Source of the DNA: Candidatus Woesearchaeota archaeon
Lineage (GTDB): Archaea; Nanobdellota; Nanobdellia; Nanobdellales; CAZNIQ01
Direction of reading: 5' to 3'
DNA: 5,664 nt
Assembly: GCA_964573185.1 (NCBI GenBank)
Contig: CAZNIQ010000010.1
Location: forward strand, 1-5,664
A program made the position numbers and the translations under genes. Below are positions 5,098 to 5,664 of the stretch, piece by piece (within the stretch, counting starts at the first letter, position 1; every line of letters begins with the position of its first letter). The notes beneath the pieces were generated by a model. That model had not been told where the DNA came from, did not search any database, and saw only the letters and a program-made list of their open reading frames with translations.

Positions 5098-5659
5098 TTA
5101 TTCTTAATTTGTAAATAGTGAATAAAGTGCAATTAGGATAGCTTCCTTTCCTCTCATCTACTTTTTCAATAATTAGTTTTCCTTTCAATGGAAGTGTTGG
5201 TAATTCTTCGAACTCAAAAGTATAACATCTTCCAGTTATAGGATCCTTATGGATTCTACAAAATATTTCATAAATTATTTGTGTGTTCGTTGTTGATAAG
5301 TTTACAACGCAAGTAGGTTCCGATATCGCTATTGGTGAGTAAATTAGAATATTCAAAGGAATATCCTTAAGGTTTGGAGAGTATATTACATTTTGCGGAA
5401 CATTGTAAGTTACGGTAATGATATTGTTTGAAATAGAAATGTATGCATTATAATTTACATCAAAATCTATTTTATTTTCATATCTAAGTTTATCTAAAGA
5501 GTTTGCAAAATCTATCACAAATTTTTCTAATGAATCTACTTCTGATTTAATTTTATTTTTAGTTAATAATGGTTGTCCCCAAAGAATGGCAGCAGTAGCT
5601 AAAGAAATAACAACACCAGCTAAAAGAATGTAAGAAAGGTAAGAGGCTTGAAGCTTCAA
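5087..5659 (-). CDS. Pilin-like / ArlF-ArlG-like protein (190 aa as tracked) with a class III-signal-like N-terminus. The start is TTG, and the frame stays open to the window edge, so the 5' end may be incomplete.
   Basis: The codon at 5659-5657 is TTG, not ATG. The in-frame codon upstream (5662-5660) is ACC, and no stop occurs before the window ends at 5664. The N-terminus is (M)KL-QASYLSYILLAGVVISLATAAILW, followed by a soluble domain with 4 Cys and 2 sequons (NLS, NCT). Its TAG stop (5087-5089) lies 11 nt inside the next gene. Confidence 0.6.
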   Translation of the reverse strand: MKLQASYLSYILLAGVVISLATAAILWGQPLLTKNKIKSEVDSLEKFVIDFANSLDKLRYENKIDFDVNYNAYISISNNIITVTYNVPQNVIYSPNLKDIPLNILIYSPIAISEPTCVVNLSTTNTQIIYEIFCRIHKDPITGRCYTFEFEELPTLPLKGKLIIEKVDERKGSYPNCTLFTIYKLRISVS

Positions 5660-5664
5660 GGTCT

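Noticed and set aside
1-5664. CRISPR arrays, long direct or inverted repeats, transposase or integrase genes, an att-like duplication of the tRNA 3' end
   Set aside because: None was visible by eye. The tRNA is intact, and no partial copy of its 3' half appears elsewhere in the window. A computational self-dot-plot would be needed to exclude short dispersed repeats.

Overview
AT-rich (roughly 30% G+C by eye, not computed), almost gap-free archaeal sequence. It fits a thermophilic, genome-reduced archaeon (Nanoarchaeota/DPANN-like), but that placement is inference only. Left to right: (i) the first 125 codons of a minus-strand gene missing from the ORF track, encoding a signal-anchored, Asn-rich protein (1-375). 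(ii) A candidate C/D box sRNA (about 403-456, minus strand) that starts directly after (iii) a 72-nt tRNA-Val(UAC) with 51/72 G+C (457-528, minus strand). (iv) A 40-bp spacer that must hold two divergent, interleaved core promoters. (v) An intact, intein-free family B DNA polymerase (569-2998, plus strand). (vi) A three-gene, overlap-coupled minus-strand operon that converges on polB with a 21-nt tail-to-tail overlap. This operon encodes two small paralogous pilin-/ArlF/ArlG-like proteins (5659-5087 with a TTG start, 5097-4756 with a GTG start), then an ArlI/FlaI-family type IV filament ATPase (4759-2978). The two most interesting items are the tRNA-sRNA dicistron, whose 3' end appears to double as the next gene's promoter, and the minimal pilin-pilin-ATPase module with no adjacent ArlH or ArlJ/PilC-type partner. 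I saw no CRISPR array, transposase, intein, rRNA or long repeat.
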